Positions 1 through 11,360 of a stretch of 18,115 bases of DNA are shown piece after piece; position 1 is the stretch's first letter; each line of letters starts with the position of its first letter. The notes below the pieces were generated by a model. It was not told where the DNA came from and did no database searches. It worked only from the letters and a program-made list of their open reading frames with translations. Position numbers and translations under genes: made by a program. The stretch is from a virus. Its lineage: Duplodnaviria; Heunggongvirae; Uroviricota; Caudoviricetes. The stretch is from positions 1 through 18,115 of the IMG/VR virus record IMGVR_UViG_2579778982_000016. One strand, given 5' to 3'.

Positions 1-2
1 AG

Positions 3-1910
3 GCATCGGAAGCGTTAGCCGAAAAGATGAACGGCAAATTCCGCGCTGACTATCAGGAAACATCCGGTGGCGAAGCGTGTGATAACGCATTTGATGATGC
101 TGTAACGGGCGGATTCGGTTGTTTCCGCATGTGTGCCGATTACGAAGATGAAATGGATCCGAGTAACGAGCAGCGACGCATCAGCCTTCTTCCTGTTTAC
201 GACCCAGCGACATGCGTCTTCTTCGATCAGGACAGCAAGCAATATGACCGCTCTGATGCTATGTGGGCTATGGAAATGTTCTCCATGACGCCTAAAGCGT
301 TCGAGGCTGAATACCCTGATTCCATCGCGGCAAGCCTTTCTCGTGATGACACTGGCACTCAATATGACTGGTCAACGCCCGATGCCATCTATGTTGGACA
401 CTACTACGAAGTTCGCATAGAGAAGGTGAAGCTCACGGCGTGGCGCAACCCTGTTAGCGGAGAAATGGCAATCTATGATGAAGAGCAAATCAAAAATATT
501 GTCGACGAACTGACCGATGGTGCATTCGAACTGATTGGCGAGCGAACGGTGAAGAAACGCCGCGTTTATTGCGGCCTTCTGTCTGGCGCTGAATGGCTGG
601 AAGAACCGAAGCGTATTCCGGGCGAACATATTCCTCTCATCCCGGTATATGGGCGTCGCTCGTTTGTTGATAATCAGGAGCGAATCGAAGGCCACGCAGC
701 AAAAGCGATGGATGCACAGCGTCTTGAGAACCTGATGGTTTCCATGATTGCAGATAACGCCACTCAGGCTGGCGGCGATGGCATTCCTGTAGTTGATGTT
801 GACATGATTCCTGGTCCTCTTGCCACTCATTGGGCGGAGCGCAACAAAAAGCGCCCGGCGTTCCTGCCGATGGTCAGTCTGAAAAACAAAAACGGAGATA
901 TTACTGCGCAGGCTCAGGTCAGCAGTTATACACCTCCGACACAAATGCCTCCTGCTCTTGCCGGGCTATTGCAGTACACCGGAACGGCTATTCAGCAAAT
1001 TACAGGTGCGTCGCAGCTTGAGAACATGCCGAGCAACGTCGCTACCGATACCGTTGATAGCATCTTTAACCGGATGGACACGCAGTCCTATATCTACATG
1101 GACAACATGGCTAAATCCATGCGCCGTGCTGGCGTCGTGTGGCTTTCTATGGCTCGTGAAGTCTATGGCAGCGATACGCCAATGCGCATCGTTAATGAGG
1201 ATGGCAGCGATGACGTGGCGCTGATGAATGGTGAAGTGGTTGACCGTCAGACAGGGAAGGTTATCGCGCTTAACGACCTTTCGCAGGGTAACTATGAAGT
1301 GACTGTCGATGTCGGTCAGTCGTTCGCTACTCGCCGTGATGCAACGGTTAAGTCGTTGCTTTCCATGCTGGCACTTATCCCGCCAGGAACGCCGAAGCAT
1401 GACCTTGTATCGTCGATGATTCTCGACAATATGGACGGCGAAGGGATGGACGACCTTAAAGAATACAACCGCAATCAGTTGCTTCTGTCTGGCGTTATTA
1501 AGCCGAGAACACCAGAAGAACAGCAAATGGTTGAGCAGGCGAAACAACAACAGGCCAGTCAGCCAGATCCGGCTATGGTTGCTGCGCAAGGTCAGCTTCT
1601 TGCTGGTCAGGCTGAATTGCAGAAAGCGCAGAACGAACAGGCAGCCATTCAGGTTAAAGCATTCCAGGCACAGACTGATGCTCAGGTTGCAGCGGCAAAC
1701 GTTGTGAAAATCCTCGCATCTGCCGATAGCCAGCAGAAATCTGATATCCGCGAGGCTCTGAAACTGCTCGGACAGTTCCAGCAACAGCAAGGAGACAATG
1801 CCCGTGCTGATGCAGAGCTTGTCCTGAAAAGTCAGGCACAGGGTCATGCGCAGCGCATGGACATCAGCAGCATCCTGCAAAAATCAACTCAGCAACAACC
1901 ACAGCAGTAA
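3..1910 (+). CDS. portal protein (P22 gp1-like), 5'-truncated at window edge
   Basis: Frame is open from nt 3 with no stop, so the gene starts upstream of the window (roughly 100 codons missing by comparison with remembered P22 portal). Motifs KKRRVY...GEHIPLIPVYG and a Q/A-rich helical C-terminal tail match P22-type portals. Sits immediately before scaffold and coat. Confidence 0.9.
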   Translation, partial: ASEALAEKMNGKFRADYQETSGGEACDNAFDDAVTGGFGCFRMCADYEDEMDPSNEQRRISLLPVYDPATCVFFDQDSKQYDRSDAMWAMEMFSMTPKAFEAEYPDSIAASLSRDDTGTQYDWSTPDAIYVGHYYEVRIEKVKLTAWRNPVSGEMAIYDEEQIKNIVDELTDGAFELIGERTVKKRRVYCGLLSGAEWLEEPKRIPGEHIPLIPVYGRRSFVDNQERIEGHAAKAMDAQRLENLMVSMIADNATQAGGDGIPVVDVDMIPGPLATHWAERNKKRPAFLPMVSLKNKNGDITAQAQVSSYTPPTQMPPALAGLLQYTGTAIQQITGASQLENMPSNVATDTVDSIFNRMDTQSYIYMDNMAKSMRRAGVVWLSMAREVYGSDTPMRIVNEDGSDDVALMNGEVVDRQTGKVIALNDLSQGNYEVTVDVGQSFATRRDATVKSLLSMLALIPPGTPKHDLVSSMILDNMDGEGMDDLKEYNRNQLLLSGVIKPRTPEEQQMVEQAKQQQASQPDPAMVAAQGQLLAGQAELQKAQNEQAAIQVKAFQAQTDAQVAAANVVKILASADSQQKSDIREALKLLGQFQQQQGDNARADAELVLKSQAQGHAQRMDISSILQKSTQQQPQQ

Positions 1911-2000
1911 TTAACCCATAACGTGCAATGGCTGTCTTTATGAGGCCTGGCACCCTATTGCCTTCCGATGGGCTGAACATCGAGTAAACAGGGGTAACAA

Positions 2001-2894
2001 ATGGACCAGATGGCAGAAAACACACCAGAAGTTGAAATCGAAACCGATGCGTCAGAGCAGATTCCTGATGATGTCGAACTGGCTGAAGAAGTCGAAACAG
2101 AAGATGGCAGTGAGTCCTCCGGCAATGATGCAGAGGAAGCTACTGAAACTGATGGCGACGAATCAGAACAGGAATTCTACTTTGGTGACGAAAAGCTGGA
2201 TTCGCCAACCAGCGAAGATGGCGCAGAGCATGGACTGGTAAAACACCTGCGCAAGACGATTAAAGAGAAAGACCGCGAGCTGAAAGAGCTGATGCGTCAG
2301 TCTCAGAAACCCGTCGAGCAGCAGCCGGTAATAACTCAACCACCGCGAATGCCAAAACTGGATGATGAGGACATCGGTTTCGATGAAGAAATCTACCAGC
2401 AACGCATGGCTAAGTGGGCAGAGGATAACGGCAAGTACCAGCAACAGGAGATGGCTCGCAAGCAGAAGGAGCAGGAGCTTCAGGCTGCCTATCAAGAGCG
2501 ATTATCCAAATATCAGCAACGTGTTAAGGCTCTCAAAGTTCCTGGCTATCAGGAAGCAGAACAGGCCGTACTCGAGGAAATCCCCATCGAGACACAAAAC
2601 GCGATCCTGTTTGAGTCAGAGAAGCCGGAAATCGTTGTTCTGGCGCTCGGTCGCAACGCTGAACTGCGCAAGCAACTGGCAGAAGCTACCAACCCCGTAG
2701 CAATTGGTCGTCTGCTGGAACGTATCGAATCGAAGGCCAGAGTCATGCCAAAAGCAAAAACCACGGCAGCCACAACCCCGACAGTTAAGGGGAGCAACGG
2801 CGCAGTAATCAACAACCTCGGCAAATTGAAAGCCAAGGCGCTGGAAACTGGTGACTGGACGCCGTATTTCGCCGCTAAAAAGGCAAAAAAATAA
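2001..2894 (+). CDS. scaffolding protein (P22 gp8-like)
   Basis: 297 aa, between portal and coat as in P22. Strongly acidic low-complexity N-terminus, central charged coiled-coil-like region, basic C-terminus (AAKKAKK). GGGG motif precedes the ATG. Confidence 0.75.
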   Translation: MDQMAENTPEVEIETDASEQIPDDVELAEEVETEDGSESSGNDAEEATETDGDESEQEFYFGDEKLDSPTSEDGAEHGLVKHLRKTIKEKDRELKELMRQSQKPVEQQPVITQPPRMPKLDDEDIGFDEEIYQQRMAKWAEDNGKYQQQEMARKQKEQELQAAYQERLSKYQQRVKALKVPGYQEAEQAVLEEIPIETQNAILFESEKPEIVVLALGRNAELRKQLAEATNPVAIGRLLERIESKARVMPKAKTTAATTPTVKGSNGAVINNLGKLKAKALETGDWTPYFAAKKAKK

Positions 2895-2912
2895 CCTATC
2901 GGAGCATTAAAC

Positions 2913-4166
2913 ATGGCTAACCAATTAGCAAAAGACCTTGAAATCATGTTCGAAAACTACGTTGAAGGCTTTGAGGCCGCCTGCGTAGTTTCCCGTAACG
3001 CTAAAAAATTCCGTCCCGGTGATACAGCAATGCAGCGAGCAGGTGATGTTCTGTATCGTCCGCAGCATTACCACATGAACATTGAGGAAGGCCTAGACCT
3101 CAGCGGCAAAACGCCAACAGCACTGGTTCAGCGCCTTGTTCCTTCTGTGTTCAAGGAGCCGAAAAACATTCTGTACACTCTGGATGCGCGTGAAATGCGT
3201 GACCCGGAACATAAAACTGAAGCTGGTCGCGCCGCAGGTATGCGCCTTGCTGCACAGATTGACTCTGACCTGATTTCCATGGTCACGCAGCGTGCTACTA
3301 ACGTGATCACAATGGCTGACTCAACCACTGGTTCACAGGGTCGTGATTTGTGGAACTGTGCGGCAGGTATTGATGCCACCATGACGGCGATTGGTGTACC
3401 ACAGGGTATCAACCGCCGCTCTTTCTGGAACCCCTTCAACTACAAAGACCTTGCTGGCGAGCTTGGTCACCGTGCCTATGCTCAGGGCGCAACCCTGACA
3501 GCATACGAAAAAGCGCAGATCCCTCCGGTTGCGTCCTTCGATAGCTACAAGACCGATATTTCTGGTCGTGTTCCGAAGGGTACAGCAACTTCCATTACGC
3601 TGGCAGCAGCACCTGCGCACAAGGTTGAAGCGAAAGATGCTAACGAAATGCCAGTGGATAACCGACAGGGGACCATTACGGTATCTGCTGAAGGTTTGCA
3701 GGTTGGCGATGCGTTTACCATCGCAGGGGTGAATTCCGTACACCAGATCACCAAAGATACCACCGGGCAGCCGCAGGTATTCCGCGTTCTGGCAGTTAGC
3801 GGAACGACAGTAACTATCTCCCCGAAAATTCTGCCGCCTGACAACGCGGATGTCGCCAGCCGTCCATATGCAAACGTTGATGCTAATGCGGCAAGTAGCG
3901 CAGCAATCACCATTCTCAACAAAAATGCCGCACCGGCTAACCTGTTCTGGGCTGATGGTTCTGTTGAACTGATGTACGGCAAACTGGCGTTCCCGACTGG
4001 TCAGGGTCCACAGGTAATGACAGCAACCACCGAGCAGGGCGCTACACTGATCATGTCTTACGCCTTCGACCACATCAAAGGCGTAACCACTGCGCGTTTC
4101 ACCACTCTGTACGGTTGCTCTGTACTGGTTCCTGAATATACGGGCATCGTTATTGCCGGGCAGTAA
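2913..4166 (+). CDS. major capsid (coat) protein, P22 gp5-like
   Basis: 417 aa, directly after scaffold, GGAG RBS 9 nt upstream. Length and several segments (e.g. ANLFWADGS, PYANVDAN) resemble remembered P22/Sf6-type coat proteins. Followed by a strong intrinsic terminator. Confidence 0.88.
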   Translation: MANQLAKDLEIMFENYVEGFEAACVVSRNAKKFRPGDTAMQRAGDVLYRPQHYHMNIEEGLDLSGKTPTALVQRLVPSVFKEPKNILYTLDAREMRDPEHKTEAGRAAGMRLAAQIDSDLISMVTQRATNVITMADSTTGSQGRDLWNCAAGIDATMTAIGVPQGINRRSFWNPFNYKDLAGELGHRAYAQGATLTAYEKAQIPPVASFDSYKTDISGRVPKGTATSITLAAAPAHKVEAKDANEMPVDNRQGTITVSAEGLQVGDAFTIAGVNSVHQITKDTTGQPQVFRVLAVSGTTVTISPKILPPDNADVASRPYANVDANAASSAAITILNKNAAPANLFWADGSVELMYGKLAFPTGQGPQVMTATTEQGATLIMSYAFDHIKGVTTARFTTLYGCSVLVPEYTGIVIAGQ

Positions 4167-4172
4167 TTTAGG

Positions 4173-4196
4173 TGGGGCTTCGGCCCCATTTTTATT
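4173..4196 (+). terminator. rho-independent terminator/attenuator after coat gene
   Basis: Hairpin TGGGGC-ttcg-GCCCCA followed by TTTTTATT, 7 nt after the coat stop codon. Confidence 0.8.
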
Positions 4197-4207
4197 GGGA
4201 GAAGACA

Positions 4208-4396
4208 ATGGCACGAACAATGCTCTATAAGCCGGGCAACATGATCACCTGTGGTCAGTTTGCTGTCGATTACATCATTGTTGATGACGAAGAAGTTAAA
4301 TCTCACCTGAAAAAAGGCTGGGTAAAAACTCCTGAAGAAACCGCAACGAAGCAAAAAGTGGCTAAGGCGGAAGAAGATGGCGAAAACGAAGGGTGA
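4208..4396 (+). CDS. small hypothetical protein (62 aa) between coat and gp4
   Basis: ATG at 4208 preceded by GGGAG with 7-nt spacer; the tracked ORF (from 4172) would run through the terminator hairpin, so the internal start is preferred. 3' end overlaps the next gene start by 20 nt. Confidence 0.4.
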   Translation: MARTMLYKPGNMITCGQFAVDYIIVDDEEVKSHLKKGWVKTPEETATKQKVAKAEEDGENEG

Positions 4397-4838
4397 TCTC
4401 GTTCTTAAGGCTTTACGAAAAGCCGGGCTGTATTCCAATGCCACGTTGACAGATGCTGACCCTCAGGCAATTGAAGATGCCATTAATGACCTCGAAGACA
4501 TGATGGCAGCATGGCAGGCAAAAGGTATCGAGCTTGGGTATCAGTTTGCTGATACAGAAAACGGCATCATGCCGTTACCTGACGATGATTCAGGTATCCC
4601 TGCATGGGCAAATGATGGCGTCGCTTTGAAACTCGCTGTGCAAGTGTGCATGGATAACGTCATTCAGCCGTCAGACGCTCTCCTTACCGCTGCTGACAGT
4701 GCATATCAGACAATCTGTATCGCTTTAACCAAAATACCACCACTTGAGCGGAGAAATGACATGCCTCGCGGTAGTGGTAACAAAAGCGCGTTTACGTGGA
4801 ATCGGTTTTACATCGAGAAAGATGATCCGAGTACGTGA
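4377..4838 (+). CDS. head completion / tail adaptor protein (P22 gp4-like)
   Basis: 153 aa; position after coat and before the gp10-like gene matches P22 order. Assignment by synteny and size. Confidence 0.7.
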   Translation: MAKTKGDLVLKALRKAGLYSNATLTDADPQAIEDAINDLEDMMAAWQAKGIELGYQFADTENGIMPLPDDDSGIPAWANDGVALKLAVQVCMDNVIQPSDALLTAADSAYQTICIALTKIPPLERRNDMPRGSGNKSAFTWNRFYIEKDDPST

Positions 4839-4847
4839 GGTGAATAA

Positions 4848-6266
4848 ATGCCGATTCAGCAACTTCCGCTTATGAAAGGTGTCGGCAAAGACTTTCGAAA
4901 CGCCGACTATATCGACTATCTGCCAGTGAATATGTTGGCAACCCCCAAAGAAATCCTGAACAGCAGCGGATATCTTCGCTCATTCCCGGGCATTGCCAAA
5001 CGCTCTGATGTGAACGGTGTATCGCGCGGCGTCGAGTACAACATGGCGCAGAATGCTGTTTATCGTGTCTGTGGCGGCAAGCTCTACAAAGGCGAAAGCG
5101 AAGTCGGTGACGTCGCCGGAAGTGGTCGCGTATCAATGGCCCATGATCGGACATCACAGGCGGTAGGTGTTAACGGGAAACTGGTCGAGTATCGCTATGA
5201 TGGCACGGTTAAAACAGTCTCAAACTGGCCAACAGACAGCGGATTCACGCAGTATGAATTAGGTTCGGTCCGTGACATTACGCGCTTACGTGGGCGTTAT
5301 GCGTGGTCAAAAGACGGAACTGATTCATGGTTTATCACTGACCTTGAAGACGAATCGCATCCTGACCGCTACAGCGCACAATATCGCGCAGAATCGCAGC
5401 CGGACGGAATCATCGGTATCGGCACATGGCGAGACTTCATAGTCTGCTTTGGTTCATCAACGATTGAATATTTCTCCCTGACTGGTGCAACCACAGTTGG
5501 TGCCGCTTTGTATGTCGCACAACCATCACTGATGGTGCAAAAAGGCATTGCCGGAACTTACTGCAAAACGCCGTTTGCTGACTCGTATGCGTTCATCAGC
5601 AATCCGGCAACAGGTGCGCCGTCTGTATACATCATCGGCTCCGGTCAGGTATCACCAATCGCCAGCGCGAGCATTGAGAAAATCCTCCGCTCCTACACTG
5701 CTGATGAACTGGCTGATGGCGTGATGGAATCGCTGAGATTTGATGCGCATGAACTGCTGATTATCCATCTTACGCGCCACGTCCTCGTGTACGACGCATC
5801 TTCAAGCGCCAATGGTCCGCAATGGTGTGTACTGAAAACAGGCCTGTATGACGATGTGTACCGCGCTATCGACTTCATTTACGAAGGCAATCAGATAACG
5901 TGCGGCGATAAGCTGGAATCCATGACAGGGAAATTGCAATTCGACATCAGCAGCCAGTACGACAAGCAACAGGAACATCTGCTGTTTACTCCTCTGTTCA
6001 AAGCGGATAACGCCAGAGTGTTCGACCTTGAAGTTGAATCGTCAACTGGAGTTGCGCAGTACGCTGACCGCCTTTTTCTCTCTGCAACCACTGACGGCAT
6101 CAATTACGGGCGTGAGCAGATGATTGAGCAGAATGAACCGTTCGTTTACGACAAACGCGTTTTGTGGAAGCGTGTCGGGCGAATAAGGAAAAATGTCGGC
6201 TTCAAATTGCGCGTTATCACTAAGTCACCTGTCACTCTCTCAGGCTGCCAGATAAGGATTGAGTAA
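4848..6266 (+). CDS. head completion / tail hub protein (P22 gp10-like)
   Basis: 472 aa, the length remembered for P22 gp10; stop overlaps the next gene's ATG (TAATG). Confidence 0.8.
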   Translation: MPIQQLPLMKGVGKDFRNADYIDYLPVNMLATPKEILNSSGYLRSFPGIAKRSDVNGVSRGVEYNMAQNAVYRVCGGKLYKGESEVGDVAGSGRVSMAHDRTSQAVGVNGKLVEYRYDGTVKTVSNWPTDSGFTQYELGSVRDITRLRGRYAWSKDGTDSWFITDLEDESHPDRYSAQYRAESQPDGIIGIGTWRDFIVCFGSSTIEYFSLTGATTVGAALYVAQPSLMVQKGIAGTYCKTPFADSYAFISNPATGAPSVYIIGSGQVSPIASASIEKILRSYTADELADGVMESLRFDAHELLIIHLTRHVLVYDASSSANGPQWCVLKTGLYDDVYRAIDFIYEGNQITCGDKLESMTGKLQFDISSQYDKQQEHLLFTPLFKADNARVFDLEVESSTGVAQYADRLFLSATTDGINYGREQMIEQNEPFVYDKRVLWKRVGRIRKNVGFKLRVITKSPVTLSGCQIRIE

Positions 6267-6967
6267 TGGCGGATTCGAATCTCAATGTGCCGGTAATCAT
6301 TCAGGCTACACGGCTCGACACATCAGTCCTTCCACGCAATATCTTCTCGCAGTCGTATCTGCTTTACGTTATCGCACAGGGCACTGATGTTGGTAACGTG
6401 GCTAACAAGGCCAACGAGGCCGGACAGGGCGCTTACGATGCTCAGGTGAAAAACGATGAACAGGATGTCGAACTGGCTGACCACGATGCAAGAATCACCG
6501 CAAACACAAAAGCGATAAATCTCCTTGAGGTCAGGTTAACAACCGCCGAAGGGAAGATAGTCGTACTGCGTAGCGATGTTGATTACTTGCTGGATGAGGT
6601 TATCGATATTCAGGCGCATCTGGTCACTGTTGACCAAAGACTGGATGGCGTAGAAAGCGATGTATCTGACATTAAGAGTGATTACGTATCGAAAACCGTA
6701 ACCGAATCGCAGTCTCTTGCGTCACCGCTGGATGTAAAAACATCATATTCAGTTGATGGAATTCAGGTTGTTGGAGCAAGAAATACCGGATGGACTGCAG
6801 CCACAGGTACACCTCTTCTTGGCTCATTCAACGCTAACCAGTCATACACGGTCGGCACTACGTACACACAATCCGAAGTCGCGGCTCTCGCTACAGGTTT
6901 GCAGCAGGCGCGGCAGCGTATTCTGGCGCTTGAAACAGCACTTAGATTACATGGGCTGATTGACTGA
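6266..6967 (+). CDS. tail needle protein (P22 gp26-like)
   Basis: 233 aa. N-terminus (VIIQATRLD...[20 protein letters not shown]...[24 protein letters not shown]) and C-terminus (QARQRI.ALE.ALR.HGLID) match the remembered P22 gp26 trimeric coiled-coil needle. TGATG overlap with the next gene. Confidence 0.9.
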   Translation: MADSNLNVPVIIQATRLDTSVLPRNIFSQSYLLYVIAQGTDVGNVANKANEAGQGAYDAQVKNDEQDVELADHDARITANTKAINLLEVRLTTAEGKIVVLRSDVDYLLDEVIDIQAHLVTVDQRLDGVESDVSDIKSDYVSKTVTESQSLASPLDVKTSYSVDGIQVVGARNTGWTAATGTPLLGSFNANQSYTVGTTYTQSEVAALATGLQQARQRILALETALRLHGLID

Positions 6968-7422
6968 TGATTACATTCAAACCAACGCGAAACATCGACC
7001 TGATAGAAGCAGTCGGAAATCACCCCGACATTATCGCCGGGAGCAACAACGGTGATGGATACGACTACAAACCTGAATGCCGTTACTTCGAGGTGAACGT
7101 GCACGGGCAGTTCGGCGGCATTGTTTACTATCAGGAGATTCAGCCGCTGACATTCGATTGCCACGCCATGTACCTGCCAGAGATTCGCGGATTCAGCAAG
7201 GAAATCGGGCTGGCGTTCTGGCGATACATTCTGACCAACACCACCGTTCAGTGCGTCACATCATTCGCTGCACGCAAATTCCGCCACGGTCAGATGTACT
7301 GCGCAATGATTGGCCTTAAGCGTGTAGGAACCATCAAGAAATACTTCAAAGGCGTGGATGACGTGACGTTTTACAGCGCAACACGCGAAGAACTAATCGA
7401 CTTCCTGAATCACGGGAGATAG
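6967..7422 (+). CDS. head assembly / ejection-associated protein (P22 gp14-like)
   Basis: 151 aa; between tail needle and the ejection-protein genes as in P22. Called on synteny. Confidence 0.6.
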   Translation: MITFKPTRNIDLIEAVGNHPDIIAGSNNGDGYDYKPECRYFEVNVHGQFGGIVYYQEIQPLTFDCHAMYLPEIRGFSKEIGLAFWRYILTNTTVQCVTSFAARKFRHGQMYCAMIGLKRVGTIKKYFKGVDDVTFYSATREELIDFLNHGR

Positions 7423-7424
7423 CC

Positions 7425-8117
7425 ATGTTATATGCATTTAAGCTGGGCAGAAAACTGCGCGGCGAGGAACCTTATTGCCCTGAAAAAGGCGGGAAAGGTG
7501 GCAGTTCTGATAAAAGCGCAAAGTATGCAGCAGAAGCTCAGAAGTATGCCGCAGACCTGCAAAATCAGCAGTTCAACACCATCATGAACAACCTGAAGCC
7601 GTTTACTCCTCTGGCTGATAAGTATGTCGGCAGCCTCGAGAACTTATCGTCTCTGGAAGGGCAAGGTCAGGCACTTAACCAGTATTACAACTCTCAGCAG
7701 TACAAAGATCTTGCTGGTCAGGCTCGCTATCAGAGTCTGGCGGCAGCGGAAGCAACGGGTGGATTAGGTTCCACAGCAACCAGTAATCAGTTAGCAACAA
7801 TCGCACCAACGCTTGGTCAGCAATGGCTATCTGGACAAATGAACAATTACAACAACCTGGCAAATATCGGTCTTGGCGCTCTTCAGGGGCAGGCAAACGC
7901 CGGGCAAACATATGCCAACAACATGAGTCAGATTTCACAGCAAAGCGCGGCGCTGGCTGCGGCAAACGCCAACCGACCGTCAGCATTGCAGCAGGGGGTT
8001 AGTGGTGCTGCATCCGGTGCGCTTTTGGGTGGTGGCATAGCCAGTGCTCTCGAGCTATCAACTCCGTGGGGTGCTGGTATTGGTGCTGGTCTTGGTCTGC
8101 TTGGTTCACTGTTTTAA
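7425..8117 (+). CDS. ejection (injection) protein, P22 gp7-like
   Basis: 230 aa; Q/N/A-rich with a glycine-rich hydrophobic C-terminus (GALLGGGIASALELSTPWGAGIGAGLGLLGSLF); first of three consecutive ejection-protein genes. Confidence 0.75.
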   Translation: MLYAFKLGRKLRGEEPYCPEKGGKGGSSDKSAKYAAEAQKYAADLQNQQFNTIMNNLKPFTPLADKYVGSLENLSSLEGQGQALNQYYNSQQYKDLAGQARYQSLAAAEATGGLGSTATSNQLATIAPTLGQQWLSGQMNNYNNLANIGLGALQGQANAGQTYANNMSQISQQSAALAAANANRPSALQQGVSGAASGALLGGGIASALELSTPWGAGIGAGLGLLGSLF

Positions 8118-8127
8118 GGGTTAATCA

Positions 8128-9513
8128 ATGGCTACGTGGCAACAGGGTATTAATTCTGGTGGTTTTCTGGCTGGCATCGGTACGCAAAATGAGAATGCGC
8201 CAAAGGCAAGCGACATTAACGCAACGCTTGGTCTGATCCGCGAAAACAATGAACTGGCTCGCTCAGGTGCAAATAACGTTGGTCTGACCGCGTTACGTGG
8301 TCTGGCTGGAGTTGCTGATATTTACAATCAGGAACAGCAACAGAAAGCTATTAGTGCGTTCAATAAGGTTCACGCTGATGCATGGGCTTCTGGTGATCCA
8401 TCGGGACTATTTAAGTTTGCCCAGGAAAATCCAGCGTTTGTTGCACAGGCACAACAGGCGTTTTCCGGTCTTAATGATCAGCAACGCAACGATATGGGCG
8501 ATTTAGCCATGAGGGCTAACGTCGCTCTTTCTCAGGGACCGGAAGCCTACAGTAAATTCATTACTGACAACAAGGACAGGTTAAATCGCGTGGGTGCGAA
8601 TGCTGACTGGATGATTCAGACAGGTATCCAGAATCCAGAGCAGCTATCACACATGCTGACTACTATGTCTCTCGGTGCGCTTGGACCAGAAAAGGCGTTT
8701 GCTGTTCAGGACAAGATGGCTGGTCGTGAAATTGACCGAGGCAGACTGGCAGAGACAATCCGCAGCAATCAGGCTGGAGAAGCACTTCAGGCGAGAGGGC
8801 AAAACCTTTCCTATCAGTCAGCAATGACTGGACACGGACTTGCAGCAGAAAGACTGGCACTTGATAAGCAGAAATTCGGTTTTGAAGTACAACAGGCACA
8901 AAAGAAGGCCGATGAACTTATTAATGCTGCGCCAAAACTATCCGTGAACATGGAAAAGGCTATAGAAAAATCAGCAGGTGATGCGGCAGCTAGTCGTAAT
9001 GCTGCCGATTCAATGACAACGCTTGCTGACACGCTTGAGAAGGAGAAGCCAACTCCTGGTTTGTTCGGTAACGCTGAAAATATGTTCTCTAAGCTTACGG
9101 GGCAAGATAACTACCTCCGAGATGTGCGGATTAGATTCAACCAACTAGCCAATGCGCAGGCAACCAAGCTTCTCCCTCCCGGCCCTGCATCAGATAAGGA
9201 TATTGAGTTTGCAAGGAAAGGCATTCCAAGCGAAACGGATAATCCAATGGTTATGGCTCGATGGTTAAGGGGTATGGCAAAAATGGAAAGTAATAACGCG
9301 AAATTCAACGAGTTTAGGTCAGAGTGGATGAGTGCAAACGGCAGCCCAGGACAATCTGATCGCAACCGAAACATCATGGGGATGGATGTTAAGAAGGGTG
9401 AATCATTGAACTCTGCGGCAAAACGTTTTCTTTCCTCAAGTTATGGCGATAGCCAACCTCAACAGCAATTGTCCGATGACGAATTAATTAGCAAATATCT
9501 CGGAGGGCAGTAA
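8128..9513 (+). CDS. ejection (injection) protein, P22 gp20-like
   Basis: 461 aa; second ejection-protein position; TAATG overlap with the next gene. Confidence 0.75.
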   Translation: MATWQQGINSGGFLAGIGTQNENAPKASDINATLGLIRENNELARSGANNVGLTALRGLAGVADIYNQEQQQKAISAFNKVHADAWASGDPSGLFKFAQENPAFVAQAQQAFSGLNDQQRNDMGDLAMRANVALSQGPEAYSKFITDNKDRLNRVGANADWMIQTGIQNPEQLSHMLTTMSLGALGPEKAFAVQDKMAGREIDRGRLAETIRSNQAGEALQARGQNLSYQSAMTGHGLAAERLALDKQKFGFEVQQAQKKADELINAAPKLSVNMEKAIEKSAGDAAASRNAADSMTTLADTLEKEKPTPGLFGNAENMFSKLTGQDNYLRDVRIRFNQLANAQATKLLPPGPASDKDIEFARKGIPSETDNPMVMARWLRGMAKMESNNAKFNEFRSEWMSANGSPGQSDRNRNIMGMDVKKGESLNSAAKRFLSSSYGDSQPQQQLSDDELISKYLGGQ

Positions 9514-11339
9514 TGGCTTATAGTCGTGAACAATTGATGACGGCGTTAAGGAATGCTGATGCTGCTGGTGATACTGAGGGAGCACGTCGCATTGCTCAGA
9601 TGCTGTCTTCTGGTGATCAATCCACTCAAAACCAATCGCAGCCAGAAGAACAATCTCTGGTAGGAAAAGCTACTGACTGGCTCACTGGTGGTCAAAGTGC
9701 AGGGCAAATTGCTGAACAGGCTGGTCGTGGTCTGGTAAACATACCATTTGACGTATTGCAGGGTGGTGCAAGTCTGATTAATGCAATCAGCCAGGGGCTT
9801 GGTGGCCCAAAGGTTTTGGATGATGTTTATCGTCCAGTAGACAGACCGACAGACCCCTACGCTCAAGCTGGAGAAACAATTGGCGGGTATTTAGTTCCAG
9901 GAGTTGGAACGGCAGGAAGCATGGCTATTGGATCACTGGCAGAAGCCGCAAATCAGAAAGGCGATTTCGCGCAAAATGCAGCAAGAAACGCCGGAGTTAA
10001 CCTTGCCGCTCAGGGGGTTCTTTCCGCAGCAGCAAAGGGAATAGGGCGTGGAATAACGGCTATAAAAGGTGATATTGCGCCAGAAGTGGCGAAGAAAATT
10101 GCCACATCAGAATCGATGGGCGTGACACCAATGACATCTGATGTTATCCCGCCGAAAAATGCTTTCACTCGCGGCCTTACTCAGGATGCCGAGGGGGCTT
10201 TGCTCGGGACAGGCTCAAAGCGAGCTGAGCAATATGCAACGCGTAGTAAGCTGGTAAGTAATTATTTTGACCGTTTTGGTGAGTACAACCCTGATGATGT
10301 GGTGAAATCTCTGACCACCACGTTAAGGGGGCGGAAGGATGCCGCTGGCGCTGTTATCAATGACGTCACCAATAAAATGGGTAATGCCGCAGTTGATACC
10401 ACAAATACCATGAATGCTCTGAATACAGCGATCGCAAGACAGGAACGGCTTGGGACGTCTGCCAATCAAAGCCTGCTTACATCCTTGCGTAACCTACGTG
10501 AAGAATTAGCAAACCCTGCAACTGATTTGGATGTTACGTTTGATCTCTTGCGTCAGCACAGAACAGCATTTAGATCTAATGTTCAGGGAGATGCTATGGT
10601 CTTCCCCAACCAGGCAAAAGCAGCTACCAATATGGTAGAGAATGCAATGTCAAAAGACCTTCGTAACGCAGTTGCTAAAAACCTCGGTGCATCAGACGCA
10701 GCAAAATACCTTAAAGCAAATTCCGATTATGCAAACGTTTATAATAAGGTGCTTAATAAAAACATTGCTAACAAGCTCAACAAGGCAAGCAGTGAAGCCA
10801 GTCCTGAACTTATAAATACCGTTGTATTAAGCAGAAAACCATCTGACGTTAAACGAATCTGGAGCGCATTGGATGATAATGGGAAAGATGCTATGCGTGC
10901 AGCTTACGTCAGCAAAATAGCGGAAAAGGCCGGGGACTCTCCAGCCAAGTTCATCACTGAAGTTAATAAGCTGAAATCTCAGTCAGGCGGTGAAATTTAC
11001 AACACTATTTTTTCTGGAAAGCACATGAAAGAGCTTGATGCTCTTCATGAAGTTCTACAGCAAACAGCAAGGTCAGACACCGCAAATGTAGTAACTCAGA
11101 CGGGGCAATCGCAAGCCAACAGGATAAGGACGATTGGCGCAACTGCGACTCTTGGGGCAACACTGGCGCTTGAATCTGGTTTCGGTGCAATGATGCGCTT
11201 GTATGAATCCAAAGCCGCAAGGAATGCGCTCTTACGTCTGGCAAACACTAAAGCTGGAACGCCAGCCTATGAAAGAGCGCTGAATAACGCCGCAAATGCC
11301 ATCAGACCAATACTTGCCAATGATGCAACTGATCGCTAA
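9513..11339 (+). CDS. ejection (injection) protein, P22 gp16-like
   Basis: 608 aa against a remembered ~609 aa for P22 gp16; third ejection-protein position; last gene of the conserved late block. Confidence 0.8.
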   Translation: MAYSREQLMTALRNADAAGDTEGARRIAQMLSSGDQSTQNQSQPEEQSLVGKATDWLTGGQSAGQIAEQAGRGLVNIPFDVLQGGASLINAISQGLGGPKVLDDVYRPVDRPTDPYAQAGETIGGYLVPGVGTAGSMAIGSLAEAANQKGDFAQNAARNAGVNLAAQGVLSAAAKGIGRGITAIKGDIAPEVAKKIATSESMGVTPMTSDVIPPKNAFTRGLTQDAEGALLGTGSKRAEQYATRSKLVSNYFDRFGEYNPDDVVKSLTTTLRGRKDAAGAVINDVTNKMGNAAVDTTNTMNALNTAIARQERLGTSANQSLLTSLRNLREELANPATDLDVTFDLLRQHRTAFRSNVQGDAMVFPNQAKAATNMVENAMSKDLRNAVAKNLGASDAAKYLKANSDYANVYNKVLNKNIANKLNKASSEASPELINTVVLSRKPSDVKRIWSALDDNGKDAMRAAYVSKIAEKAGDSPAKFITEVNKLKSQSGGEIYNTIFSGKHMKELDALHEVLQQTARSDTANVVTQTGQSQANRIRTIGATATLGATLALESGFGAMMRLYESKAARNALLRLANTKAGTPAYERALNNAANAIRPILANDATDR

Positions 11340-11360
11340 GGGTTGATGTCATGGATGTTG

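Noticed and set aside
966-1880. 304-aa minus-strand ORF antisense to the portal gene (also 15..362, 372..944, 1654..1839 minus and 830..1021, 958..1224 plus)
   Set aside because: All lie inside the portal coding region, whose translation has recognisable portal motifs. They have no RBS and Cys/Arg/Leu-rich composition typical of antisense or off-frame artefacts.
2032-2947. Overlapping ORFs within and antisense to the scaffold gene (2032..2241, 2362..2700 plus; 2163..2495, 2549..2947 minus)
   Set aside because: Alternative frames of the highly charged scaffold gene; composition is biased and there are no start signals.
3333-4220. 295-aa minus-strand ORF antisense to the coat gene (plus 3128..3439, 3545..3982 minus and 3529..3732 plus)
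   Set aside because: Shadow ORFs within the coat gene; the coat frame is supported by synteny, an RBS and protein-like composition, whereas these are Arg/Cys-rich with no start context.
7675-11244. Assorted short minus-strand and off-frame ORFs inside ejection-protein genes gp7, gp20 and gp16 (e.g. 7675..7986, 8663..8899, 8814..9032, 9111..9377, 9546..9866, 10262..10465, 11005..11244)
   Set aside because: All are nested in long, syntenic plus-strand genes and lack independent start signals; treated as frame shadows.
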